Assembly: GCA_043803945.1 (NCBI GenBank)
Contig: JAZDJN010000087.1
Span: forward strand, 1 to 64,000
Source of the DNA: a bacterium
GTDB taxonomy: Bacteria > Bacteroidota > Ignavibacteria > UBA10030
Length of the DNA stretch: 64,000 nucleotides
Reading direction: 5' to 3'
The position numbers and the translations under genes were made by a program. This document shows positions 1 through 8,857 of the stretch, in pieces. Under the pieces are notes generated by a model that was not told the DNA's origin, ran no database searches, and was given only the letters and a program-made list of their open reading frames with translations. Position 1 is the first letter of the stretch; every line of letters begins with the position of its first letter.

Positions 1-226
1 AAAGAATATGAAGGAAAAATGAAAAATATTTTCCTTCCAATGTACAATGGAGTTGAAATCCCTAACAGCTTATTTTTCGCGTAACTCTTTTATTTCAAAG
101 AACATATAGCATCGCTACTCTCCGTTAACCGGACAGTAGTGTACCATATCATTGAATCATTTTAATTGTTCCATTTTGTGCACCAGAATGCTGTTGAATT
201 TCCCTCCCTGTTATAGTTACAAGATT

Positions 227-1240
227 CTATAAGCGTTTACGATACTTCAATATTGCCCCGCATCGCTCGCACTGTTCCGGATCAAGCGGAAATGATCTAT
301 GACCACCATACGAATGAACAATCACATTCTCACAAATGGGACATTTATATATTCGATTAGTATTGATGATGCCAGTGGCGAAGACGAGAAATCCAAGTAA
401 CACAATACCGACACCCACTTCATCGAGAGCTCCCCTGGAAATAAGTATCATCAATAAAGCGATTATAAATCCTCCCATACCAGGAAGGACAGCATGTGTC
501 AGAGTTTTCTGCCTTCGCTTCTGAAATTCATCCACTATTTTCCTGGCGGGTACGCTGGCTATTTTTTCCTTCCATCTCGCTTGCAACTGTTCCTCATGAA
601 GTGGAGCATTAATGAGGACAGACCTTTTCATCAGGAGAATAAGAATTCCAGCAAGCAAGAGCGATGAGGCCAGTATCAGATGGGTTCGAAACGGAGAGTC
701 GAGAGTTGGCGATCCAATAACTGCATTTAAACTTGCAAGAAGCATTGGAAGCCCCCCCAGGATGATGAGATAGATACTAATAAATGCCCACAGTCGCTCT
801 TCCTCTCTTGAGGGAGCCTTTTGCTCCTTCAAAGGGCCAATCGGTTCATTAAAGTCCTGTTGAAGAATTTCACTTTGTGTGTCAGACTCCAAGTTGATGG
901 CGCTTTCATGTTCTTGATGAAGAATAACATAGGCATCTTTCCATCGGCAAGAGAACCAAAGGAAGATTGAGATCAAGACCAAGGCACCAAGAGAAAAGAG
1001 ATACGATAGTAATCCAATCCACTTCGTCAGCTCTGTTTGAAGAACTAACATGACAACCAATCCGAGAAGCTCGACTCCAAGAAGAATCCATCCATTGCGA
1101 GACCAACCGGAGATTCTGAGGCGAACGTGGCAGTGTGAACAGAGAAAAGAAATTGATCGGTATTGGAAATAATGAATGATGAAATTCCAGAGAGAGACGG
1201 CGATTCGTTTGCATGCTGGGCAATTCATCGTACCCTCCAT
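227..1240 (-). CDS. Hypothetical multi-pass membrane protein with CxxC zinc-ribbon-like motifs at both ends
   Basis: 337-aa ORF with GGAGGG before the second Met; CPAC..CSHC at the N-terminus, CPIC..CERC at the C-terminus, about 6 hydrophobic segments between. Confidence 0.65.
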   Translation of the reverse strand: MEGTMNCPACKRIAVSLWNFIIHYFQYRSISFLCSHCHVRLRISGWSRNGWILLGVELLGLVVMLVLQTELTKWIGLLSYLFSLGALVLISIFLWFSCRWKDAYVILHQEHESAINLESDTQSEILQQDFNEPIGPLKEQKAPSREEERLWAFISIYLIILGGLPMLLASLNAVIGSPTLDSPFRTHLILASSLLLAGILILLMKRSVLINAPLHEEQLQARWKEKIASVPARKIVDEFQKRRQKTLTHAVLPGMGGFIIALLMILISRGALDEVGVGIVLLGFLVFATGIINTNRIYKCPICENVIVHSYGGHRSFPLDPEQCERCGAILKYRKRL

Positions 1241-1383
1241 TTTGGTGGGAATGTATGACTCGTTATGCTGTGAAGAGAACTGACTCTATCGATCGCTAAT
1301 ACTGCAAGCGGCTAATTACTTATTCAAATTGTTCCCTCTGCTTCGCACTGTGAATACAGCACTAACGCAGCCAGTCTTCTCAC

Positions 1384-4260
1384 TCATCGTAGTAGTAGAA
1401 TTTTGTTGGTTTGTGAATAAATGACCTGTGATTTATCCAAATCAGTAACCTCGAGATGACAGAAATAAATTCCGGATGCCTCAGATGTTCTCCAGATAAC
1501 TTTATGAGTTCCTGCTTCTACCTCTCTGTCGATAAAAGAAGCAACTCGTTGACCCGTCAGGTTATAGATTTCCAACCGAATACGGCTCCGTACTTGCAAT
1601 TGAAACGATATCGTCGTCGATGAGTTGAAAGGATTCGGATAATTCTGATACAACTGATACTCGCGTACAGAGAGATTCATCTCATCGGTGATGCCGGTCG
1701 CAGTACCAATTTTACATGTATTACTGCTAAATGCAACAATCAGCGTATCAATGATGCTTCTGATCCGAAACGAATAACCAGAATCAATTGGCAGCGAAGC
1801 TGGAATAGCCCATGGGTATGCACCAATATTCGTCACAGAATCCTTAATCAAGCTGTAACGAGTGCCGCTTTTATAAAGATCGATTCTTACTTTCTCTGAG
1901 ATGTTCGTGTGCCATACAATATTATAGGACTTCCCTCGTACCAGAGTCTCTTGAGCCTTTGGGGATAACACGGCGATATACGGTCCCACCGCAGTAAAAC
2001 TCCACATTGGAGACCAGGCACTTTTCATCAATCCAAAGCCTGATCGTACTCGCCAATAATATTTACTATTCGGGCTGAAGCTCTTCATCGTGTCAGCAGC
2101 AATCGTTAGAGTCGAGTCATTAAGAACTAACGACTTAAATGATGAATCAGTTGCAACCTGCAAATGATAATCTGCCTGATAGCCTTTTGGATTCCATTTA
2201 ACCACCAACGGTTGAAATCGATTGATGCTGTCCTTATCTACTGGAAAGAAGAGAATCGGCGGAACGACTGCGATATCATCATTGCCCCGTCCGAAAATGA
2301 ATTCCCCAAACTGAGAGGTCGTTGCGAGAATCTCTTTTGTCACGGGATTATAGGATGTCGGAAGTGGAAAGAATTTACCGTTATCCACAGTATCTCTTCG
2401 ATAGACTTTCACATTATCAGGATCAGGGATATCCTTCAGCATTGTCACATCGAACATCAGATCGGCGGTGAACGAAGTCATACCGGACCGGGTGATCGTG
2501 AATCGTGTTGCAGCCACCTGCGGCGCTCGTAGTGTAAATTGTGGCCTGGATGGAGCGGTGCTATACTTCTTTACAGTAGCAGTGTTATAAAAGATTGGCT
2601 GCAGTAGTTGAAATATGATTTTCAGTCCTGTGCGTTGATCATTGGTTAGCCCGTTAAATGAATAGGTATTGCCCTGCAAGATATCGATATGTGTGTAAGA
2701 AGCTGCTACCTGATTTTCTTTCCAGGGAAAACGGTACGCACGCCACGTGCGCTGCCCTTTCGGAAGAGTCAATTCAAATGCGATCGATTTATCGGGATGC
2801 ACTTCTGTAATCGATGTCAGACCATCAAGCCCTGCATTCCCCCAACCGATGAACGTATTTCCATTGGGCAGACGTTGTGCAGAACCATTTGCCGAGGCGA
2901 ATATCTCAGGAGTGCGTCTAAACTCCCAGATAAGCGCGGCAACTTTGTTCACCTCATCGACGGCATATTCCACGACTCTCGAATACTGTGGTGTATGTTG
3001 ATTCCCATTATCGAAGAGCATGATATTGCCATTTTCCAGACGTGAGACATCGTGCTGGTAGGAGAAATAATTCGGTTTGCTTGCTTCGTGTTCACCAACA
3101 AACGTGAACTGATTCTTCTTACCACCAAGGCGCCAGATAATTTCTCCTGTGCTGCCGTTGATTTTGGTAATTTCAGAGAGGTGTCTGCTTGAGAGAAGTA
3201 TGCCACCATCTTTATCAATCTCAAGCCCGTTCGCGTGGATATAGTCGATCGTCATAGCAAGAGAATCACTATAGGAATCTGTAATGGGGATGTAGTCGAA
3301 GCTTCGCCACTGGAAGACGACATTCTTGTTGATGTCAAGTTCCTGTATTACAGCCTGAGCGATAGTTGCAGCAGGATACCCACCGACAACAAATTTACTC
3401 ATATCGACAATTTGCCAATCATACATCAGTAATACGACGTGGCCGTTTGGGAGTATTCGGAAATCGGCGAGGTCACCCGTATAGCCGTTGCCGCCCTGGA
3501 AACTGTCAATCACTTTCATCGTTGTATCCATCACCCGAATAGTTGAAGCGGTGAGGGTCTTTTCAATATATGAGATCAATCCATTGGGCTGTGCCGTAAA
3601 ATTGTACGCAAACGTTGTGGCCACAGAGGATATCTTCTTATAGGCCGCCGGTCTCCCTGAGTTATCGAGAATCATCAGATAGTTCCCATAAGCGCCAGTT
3701 CCTGATACAGGTCCAAAGTTCGCAAGAAAGATATTTCCTGAAGCTGGATTATTGAGAGTGTCGATTCTAATCCAGGGGAAATCGGCAGGCAGAGAATCCT
3801 GCGCACTCTTCATCCCGAAATCACTATCAAGAATATCCGCTACCCCACGGTTGATGTCAGTGGCTGGCTGTGTCATAATCGTAAAGTGGAAGGTTGTTCC
3901 TGTAAGCTGTTTACTGTTCCATAATGGTAATCCATCTTGTACTTTTACAGTGACCTTTTCACCGAATTCAAATCGCTGAAGAGGAGTGAATACCAGAGTT
4001 CTTTCATCATCAGAAAGCATTATGCGGCCGCTGTGCGCTCCACTTTTTGAACCGATGACAGTGAAGAGATATAATTCTGAACATACATTGTGATTCACCT
4101 TCTCAAATGATCGGACAATGATTGCAGTCTCCCGATGTATATACTCAGAGTTCGGTTTTGGGGAGAGATATTCATAGGCTGAGATCCCCTGCGCCATCGT
4201 CCTATGGAAAAGCAGCGGACACAGAAAAATGAATCCTATGATAAACTCTCTCTTGTTCAT
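1384..4260 (-). CDS. Secreted arylsulfotransferase (ASST)-like beta-propeller protein with Ig-like/FN3-like accessory domains and T9SS type A CTD
   Basis: Signal peptide; ASST-like motifs IHANGL, LSSRH, WRLGGK, YQHD, LFDNG, GSAQRLPNGNT; CTD LYQNYPNPFN...ASGIYF...KILLLR. Confidence 0.85.
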   Translation of the reverse strand: MNKREFIIGFIFLCPLLFHRTMAQGISAYEYLSPKPNSEYIHRETAIIVRSFEKVNHNVCSELYLFTVIGSKSGAHSGRIMLSDDERTLVFTPLQRFEFGEKVTVKVQDGLPLWNSKQLTGTTFHFTIMTQPATDINRGVADILDSDFGMKSAQDSLPADFPWIRIDTLNNPASGNIFLANFGPVSGTGAYGNYLMILDNSGRPAAYKKISSVATTFAYNFTAQPNGLISYIEKTLTASTIRVMDTTMKVIDSFQGGNGYTGDLADFRILPNGHVVLLMYDWQIVDMSKFVVGGYPAATIAQAVIQELDINKNVVFQWRSFDYIPITDSYSDSLAMTIDYIHANGLEIDKDGGILLSSRHLSEITKINGSTGEIIWRLGGKKNQFTFVGEHEASKPNYFSYQHDVSRLENGNIMLFDNGNQHTPQYSRVVEYAVDEVNKVAALIWEFRRTPEIFASANGSAQRLPNGNTFIGWGNAGLDGLTSITEVHPDKSIAFELTLPKGQRTWRAYRFPWKENQVAASYTHIDILQGNTYSFNGLTNDQRTGLKIIFQLLQPIFYNTATVKKYSTAPSRPQFTLRAPQVAATRFTITRSGMTSFTADLMFDVTMLKDIPDPDNVKVYRRDTVDNGKFFPLPTSYNPVTKEILATTSQFGEFIFGRGNDDIAVVPPILFFPVDKDSINRFQPLVVKWNPKGYQADYHLQVATDSSFKSLVLNDSTLTIAADTMKSFSPNSKYYWRVRSGFGLMKSAWSPMWSFTAVGPYIAVLSPKAQETLVRGKSYNIVWHTNISEKVRIDLYKSGTRYSLIKDSVTNIGAYPWAIPASLPIDSGYSFRIRSIIDTLIVAFSSNTCKIGTATGITDEMNLSVREYQLYQNYPNPFNSSTTISFQLQVRSRIRLEIYNLTGQRVASFIDREVEAGTHKVIWRTSEASGIYFCHLEVTDLDKSQVIYSQTNKILLLR

Positions 4261-4291
4261 TTGATTATGCTGTAAGCTCCTTTGTCAATCG

Positions 4292-5704
4292 TTATTTGAG
4301 ATACATCAACCTTTTCACTCTTAGAAGATTTCCTGCCTGTAACTTGCTGAAGTATATGCCACTTGGTAAGCCTTTCAAATCAATTCTGACTTGATACTCT
4401 CCCCTCTCTTTTTCTTCATCCACCAAAGTTATGACCTCTCGTCCAAGCGCGTCATAAATTTTTAGCTTGACATGAGAAGAAGAGGGTAATCCATAGAACT
4501 GAGTCGTTGACTGATTGAAGGGGTTGGGATAATTCTGGTTTAAAACTATTTCAGAAAGCGAGGCGCTCACATTGGTAGAAGTTATACCGGTTATTTTGAA
4601 TGGAAAGCGAAACAGCCGATAGCTGAATACCTCCTTTGGGAATTTCATTTCGAAAACCTTTTTCCCCTCTGCATTCAACTCAGTTGCCGCCATCTCACTG
4701 GCACCCCAGGCAATAAGGGTGTTTCCACTATTCAACCGTTGAACGTTTCCCCAATAAATACTCGCAATATCTGGAGTATTCCGGTAAGACCAGACCAGGG
4801 TGGCCGTTTTCTTGAACGCATCGATTTTGTATTCTACTGCCCGAGAAAAATGAGGTGAGTGACCGTTGCCGTTATCATACATCAACAAGTTGCCATTCGG
4901 GAGCAGGAGAGCGGAATGCTGAGCGCTAAACCCGATGGAATCGTTGATGAATGTAAATTGATTGTTCTTACCGCCTAACCTCCAGATGATAGTTCCCGTC
5001 GTGCGATCGATCTTGGTAATTTCGCTCAGGTTCCGGCTGGAGATAATCAGGTTATTGTCCAGATCAACATCGATTGAATTCAGATGCGAATGAACAAAAG
5101 CCTGATCGAGCAGGTTAACTGTGGGCCCAACGTCGGTAATCTTATAATGCTCGAACGCTTTCCACTCAAAGACCACATTTTTATTTCTGTCGATTTCCTG
5201 CACGACATTGACGACAACGCTGGCATTCCGGTTTCCGCCTTGAACATACTGGCTCATATCATAAAATCGAATTGCATTCCCGATGAGTAATACATTTCCA
5301 TTCGGTAATAGTTTAATTTCGTGTTCATCAGTTTCGAACTCATTCTTCACCCAAAAGCTATCGACGATCGCGAGATGCGAATCCATTGCATAAAATTTTT
5401 TTGTTCCATAATCGTAGTATGTCAACAGCCCATTCTGATGCAGTTTAAAATCGGCACAGGTCCCCTGCGTTCTCTTGTACCATATTGGCTTGCCGGAGTT
5501 ATCATAGAGAACAAGATAAGGTGTCCCCTGGCCCCAGTAAGGAATCGCAGCAAAAATGAATCCTTCAGAGGCATTGTTCGAGATAGTGACGATCGGTCGC
5601 GCCAGGTCAGAGGGAATACTGTCCAGTGCACTGCTATGAAGGTGGAATTGAGCCCAGAGTGTTTGGAAACCAAGAAGCATGATATATATAAAGAGAACCC
5701 TCAC
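4292..5704 (-). CDS. Secreted arylsulfotransferase (ASST)-like protein with T9SS CTD
   Basis: Signal peptide; HLNSI, ISSRN, WRLGGK, AQHSA, YDNG, GNVQRL; CTD LNQNYPNPFN; paralog of 1384..4260. Confidence 0.85.
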   Translation of the reverse strand: MRVLFIYIMLLGFQTLWAQFHLHSSALDSIPSDLARPIVTISNNASEGFIFAAIPYWGQGTPYLVLYDNSGKPIWYKRTQGTCADFKLHQNGLLTYYDYGTKKFYAMDSHLAIVDSFWVKNEFETDEHEIKLLPNGNVLLIGNAIRFYDMSQYVQGGNRNASVVVNVVQEIDRNKNVVFEWKAFEHYKITDVGPTVNLLDQAFVHSHLNSIDVDLDNNLIISSRNLSEITKIDRTTGTIIWRLGGKNNQFTFINDSIGFSAQHSALLLPNGNLLMYDNGNGHSPHFSRAVEYKIDAFKKTATLVWSYRNTPDIASIYWGNVQRLNSGNTLIAWGASEMAATELNAEGKKVFEMKFPKEVFSYRLFRFPFKITGITSTNVSASLSEIVLNQNYPNPFNQSTTQFYGLPSSSHVKLKIYDALGREVITLVDEEKERGEYQVRIDLKGLPSGIYFSKLQAGNLLRVKRLMYLK

Positions 5705-5753
5705 TATCCTTTTCAGCGTAGATATTCCAATTCTATGATTCTCTGATGAATCT

Positions 5754-5788
5754 AAAGAAAAAGGGCTTGATACTCAGAAGCCCTTTCT
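5754..5788 (-). terminator. Probable intrinsic terminator after the 5819..7864 gene
   Basis: Stem AAAGGGCTT/AAGCCCTTT followed by a T-rich run on the minus strand. Confidence 0.6.
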
Positions 5789-5818
5789 CAGAAATGAACG
5801 ATCTGTTGTGATCCCGTG

Positions 5819-7864
5819 TTATTTCAGAATCACGAGCTTGCGTGTTTGGACAAAGTCACCTGAAGTCAAACGATAGAAATACATGCCCGACGAAAATCTC
5901 CCGGCATCCCATGTCACCGAATATTTCCCTGCTGTTTTTATCTCATCGACCAGATTCGCCAGCTCCCTTCCCAGCATATCATAGATCTTCAACGTTGCCC
6001 GAGTTTTCTGAGCGAGACTGAATTCGATTGTGGTCGTCGGATTGAATGGATTAGGAAAGTTTTGTTCAAGCTGATACGTTAAAGGAACGTCTGTAGTTCC
6101 TGCTACGCCAACCACTCCGGAGACTGTTGTTTGCACGAGCGCCGGTCGCACCATTTCCGAATTACCGACATTATCCGTTGCCAGCGCATAGAATTTATAT
6201 ATTCCGTTCGTGACACGGATGACAAGAGAATCGGTCAGAGATGTGCCGACCGCCTGGTATGGCCCATTATCCTTTGAACCGAATACTGTTACAGACTGAA
6301 CTCCTGCTCCCGTTGTTCCATCCGTCGATTGCCATTTGACCGTGAGATTTTCCCTGGTATGTGTCGATGCAAGGGCTCCCATGACGGTTGTCGGTGGAAG
6401 GAAATCGATCGTGTTGGTAAACGTATTTGTCGTAATCGGTTTATTCATATCAAAGGTGATTGTAGCACTATTCTTTAATGAGGTTCCTGAAAGTAGTCCA
6501 CTCTTTGTCATCACAGAGAAAGTGACATATCCTTCTCCTTCCGGTGGAGTAGCATTAGGAGGAAGCTCAATCCCTTCGATTTCCCAGCGCAGGATGTTAT
6601 TTGTGTTCGTCACCTTCCAGAGGTAATTAGGACCATCATGGCTCGTTTTACCGAATTCGACCGTACTTGCATCGAATTCAGGACGCAGTGTATCGACAAT
6701 TACGACCTTATAGGCCGAGGCAGTTGCTTCCTTTTTATTTTCAAAGAGTATCTGATAATTCATCTTCCCTGCCGATGAGATAAATCCTTGTGGGCCAATG
6801 CCAGCAGGTCCGATTTTTTCGTTTGGATCCCAGGAGACCACAGGTTGACCGGTCTTTGCGCTTGCATTTGAAACCTCTGGTTTATAGGATGCATCATCGA
6901 TTTTCTCTTCAACGCCGTACAAACCCGTTTCCTTATACAGCCAGTACCAAATCTGACGTCGAAGGTTTGGTACAATGTTATACACGTTTCGTCCGACTGC
7001 TCGTGCAACATCGACCGTTCCTCCTACCAGACCCATTGTTTTTTCAATGATGGTTCCCCCTACTTTCTTCATTGCCCACTCTTTTTTTGTATCCTTTTGC
7101 CGTATCTCCTCCGGTATTTTCCCTACCGTCGACTCCCAATTTCGTTTTTGCTCTGGTGTAAGGACTAAACCCTCTCTCGCTTTATCACCGAGGTAATCAA
7201 TCGTTTTTACCGTCACATACACAGCGGCAGCTTTCGCACCCCACCATAACACTGCTCCGACAGTAATGGTGAACGGTTCAAAGAGGGTTTTCCCTAACGC
7301 AGGATAAGCCGTTGCAATAATTTCAAATTTGCGTTCTTCGCGAGGATCCATTCCGGTGACATAGTAGACAAAGCTTGTATCTTCTCCTTCGAAGCTTAAG
7401 CTATCTTTTGGCAATATTTCCTTCGTTCCATTCGGCAAGAAATGCTCCGACCTGTTCATGTGCACGCGAGAACCAGTATTGACGCAAAGGAGAAAATCGT
7501 CAGTCGGAGCATCGCTGTTGTTGACATAGTGAATTGTAAAGCGATTGGGAGCGCCGATGCGAATTTGCGAACGACCAATAACTGTTGTCATAATCGAAGG
7601 ACGTACTGAAATCGGATCTGGTGCAGAGGACAACACATAATCGCCTTGCGCAGCGGCATCTGTGATTGTTATATAATTATCTGTAGTGTTTCGTGTCAGG
7701 TTGAGGGTCGTCGATACTTGCTGCCAGGTTGTTCCTGTATCGGCTGAATAATATACCTGAAGATTCGCCTCCACATTTTGAGCTACTTCGTCTTGGCTAT
7801 AATATAATGTAAGCGATGCTACATTGGGTGACGCGGTCCTGGGGATTCGTGTTAGTCTCCACCA
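5819..7864 (-). pseudogene. 5'-truncated T9SS-secreted protein (SWDPNEK/DUF7619-like domain, Ig-like domain, CTD)
   Basis: The frame stays open upstream of the called GTG (7774) as WWRLTRIPRTASPNVASLTLYYSQDE, reaching the STAS stop codon, with no signal peptide or RBS; SWDPNEKIGP, YQILFEN, EGYVTF, ATITFD motifs; CTD LEQNFPNPFN. Confidence 0.7.
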
Positions 7865-7866
7865 TG

Positions 7867-8211
7867 CTACAGCTTGGTCAGCGCGTCATTTTCTGTATCA
7901 TAGATCTCGAGATAATCGACCAGCCCGATGATGTCGAAGATCTTCTTGAAGTGATTCGAAAGTCCAGTAACACCGATCTTCTGTTTCTGCTTCTGTCCAT
8001 CCGATACCATGGCGATGATAATAGCAATACCGGCGCTGTTGATATAATCGGATTGATTGAACTTGAGCAGAATCTTCTTGGCGCTCTCTTTTGTCACCTT
8101 CTGGTATGCATCAAGGATTGGGCCTTCAGCAATGCTGGTGACGTCTCCTTTGATTTCCAGAATTGAGACTCCCTGTTTTTGGGAGATGGTTACGATTGGT
8201 TTTTGTTCCAT
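7867..8211 (-). CDS. STAS-domain anti-anti-sigma factor (RsbV/SpoIIAA-like)
   Basis: 114 aa; phospho-acceptor motif YINSAGI; KIFDIIGL; RBS AAGGAG. Confidence 0.9.
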   Translation of the reverse strand: MEQKPIVTISQKQGVSILEIKGDVTSIAEGPILDAYQKVTKESAKKILLKFNQSDYINSAGIAIIIAMVSDGQKQKQKIGVTGLSNHFKKIFDIIGLVDYLEIYDTENDALTKL

Positions 8212-8339
8212 AGTATGCTCCTTTTAAATATGAATCTCTCTTATCAACGATGAACCGCCATGACGCCAAGTTCATTGAAGGTTTAAATAAAGAATAATTG
8301 TGCTGTGATAATCATTGTATTTGAATTTGTGTATTATTT

Positions 8340-8759
8340 TTATGTACGATGTAAATAAATGACCATGCTGGTCGTATTTCCTTCCTTCGTCGAAGAAACT
8401 TCAAGCGAATCGACCAGGTTTTTGATGAGAAAAATTCCCCAGCCCCGCGATGGCACATTTCCTTCCATCCTGGATTTGATATCAGGCTTCTGATCGTGTA
8501 TTTCGAACTGCTCTCCTTTGTCATAAATATCCACCTGCAACCTATCAGCAGCTACAGTGAGTGTGACGAGGAGTTTCTCGGCTTTTCGTTTCTTGCTGGC
8601 GTGTTCGATTGCGTTGATGCACGCTTCTGCCAAGGCAGTCTTCAAATCCTCCACCCGATCTTCTGAGAATCCCATCATCCGAGCAACAGCGGCAGCAGAT
8701 TCCATCGCTATCCGTTCGTACCCGAGATCGTTAGGTATATGTAATTCTATTTTTTTCAT
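8340..8759 (-). CDS. RsbW/SpoIIAB-like anti-sigma factor Ser kinase (HATPase_c_2)
   Basis: ALAEACINAIEHA (N box), DKG (G1), RGWGIFLIKNLVD (G2); RBS AAGGAG. Confidence 0.9.
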   Translation of the reverse strand: MKKIELHIPNDLGYERIAMESAAAVARMMGFSEDRVEDLKTALAEACINAIEHASKKRKAEKLLVTLTVAADRLQVDIYDKGEQFEIHDQKPDIKSRMEGNVPSRGWGIFLIKNLVDSLEVSSTKEGNTTSMVIYLHRT

Positions 8760-8857
8760 GGAACATACTCCTTTGGAGAATATTCAAGCATTTTTTTCCT
8801 TTCATCTCTCTTCTCACATCTATCTTCTCTCTCCTCTTCCCATCTACCATCTACTCG

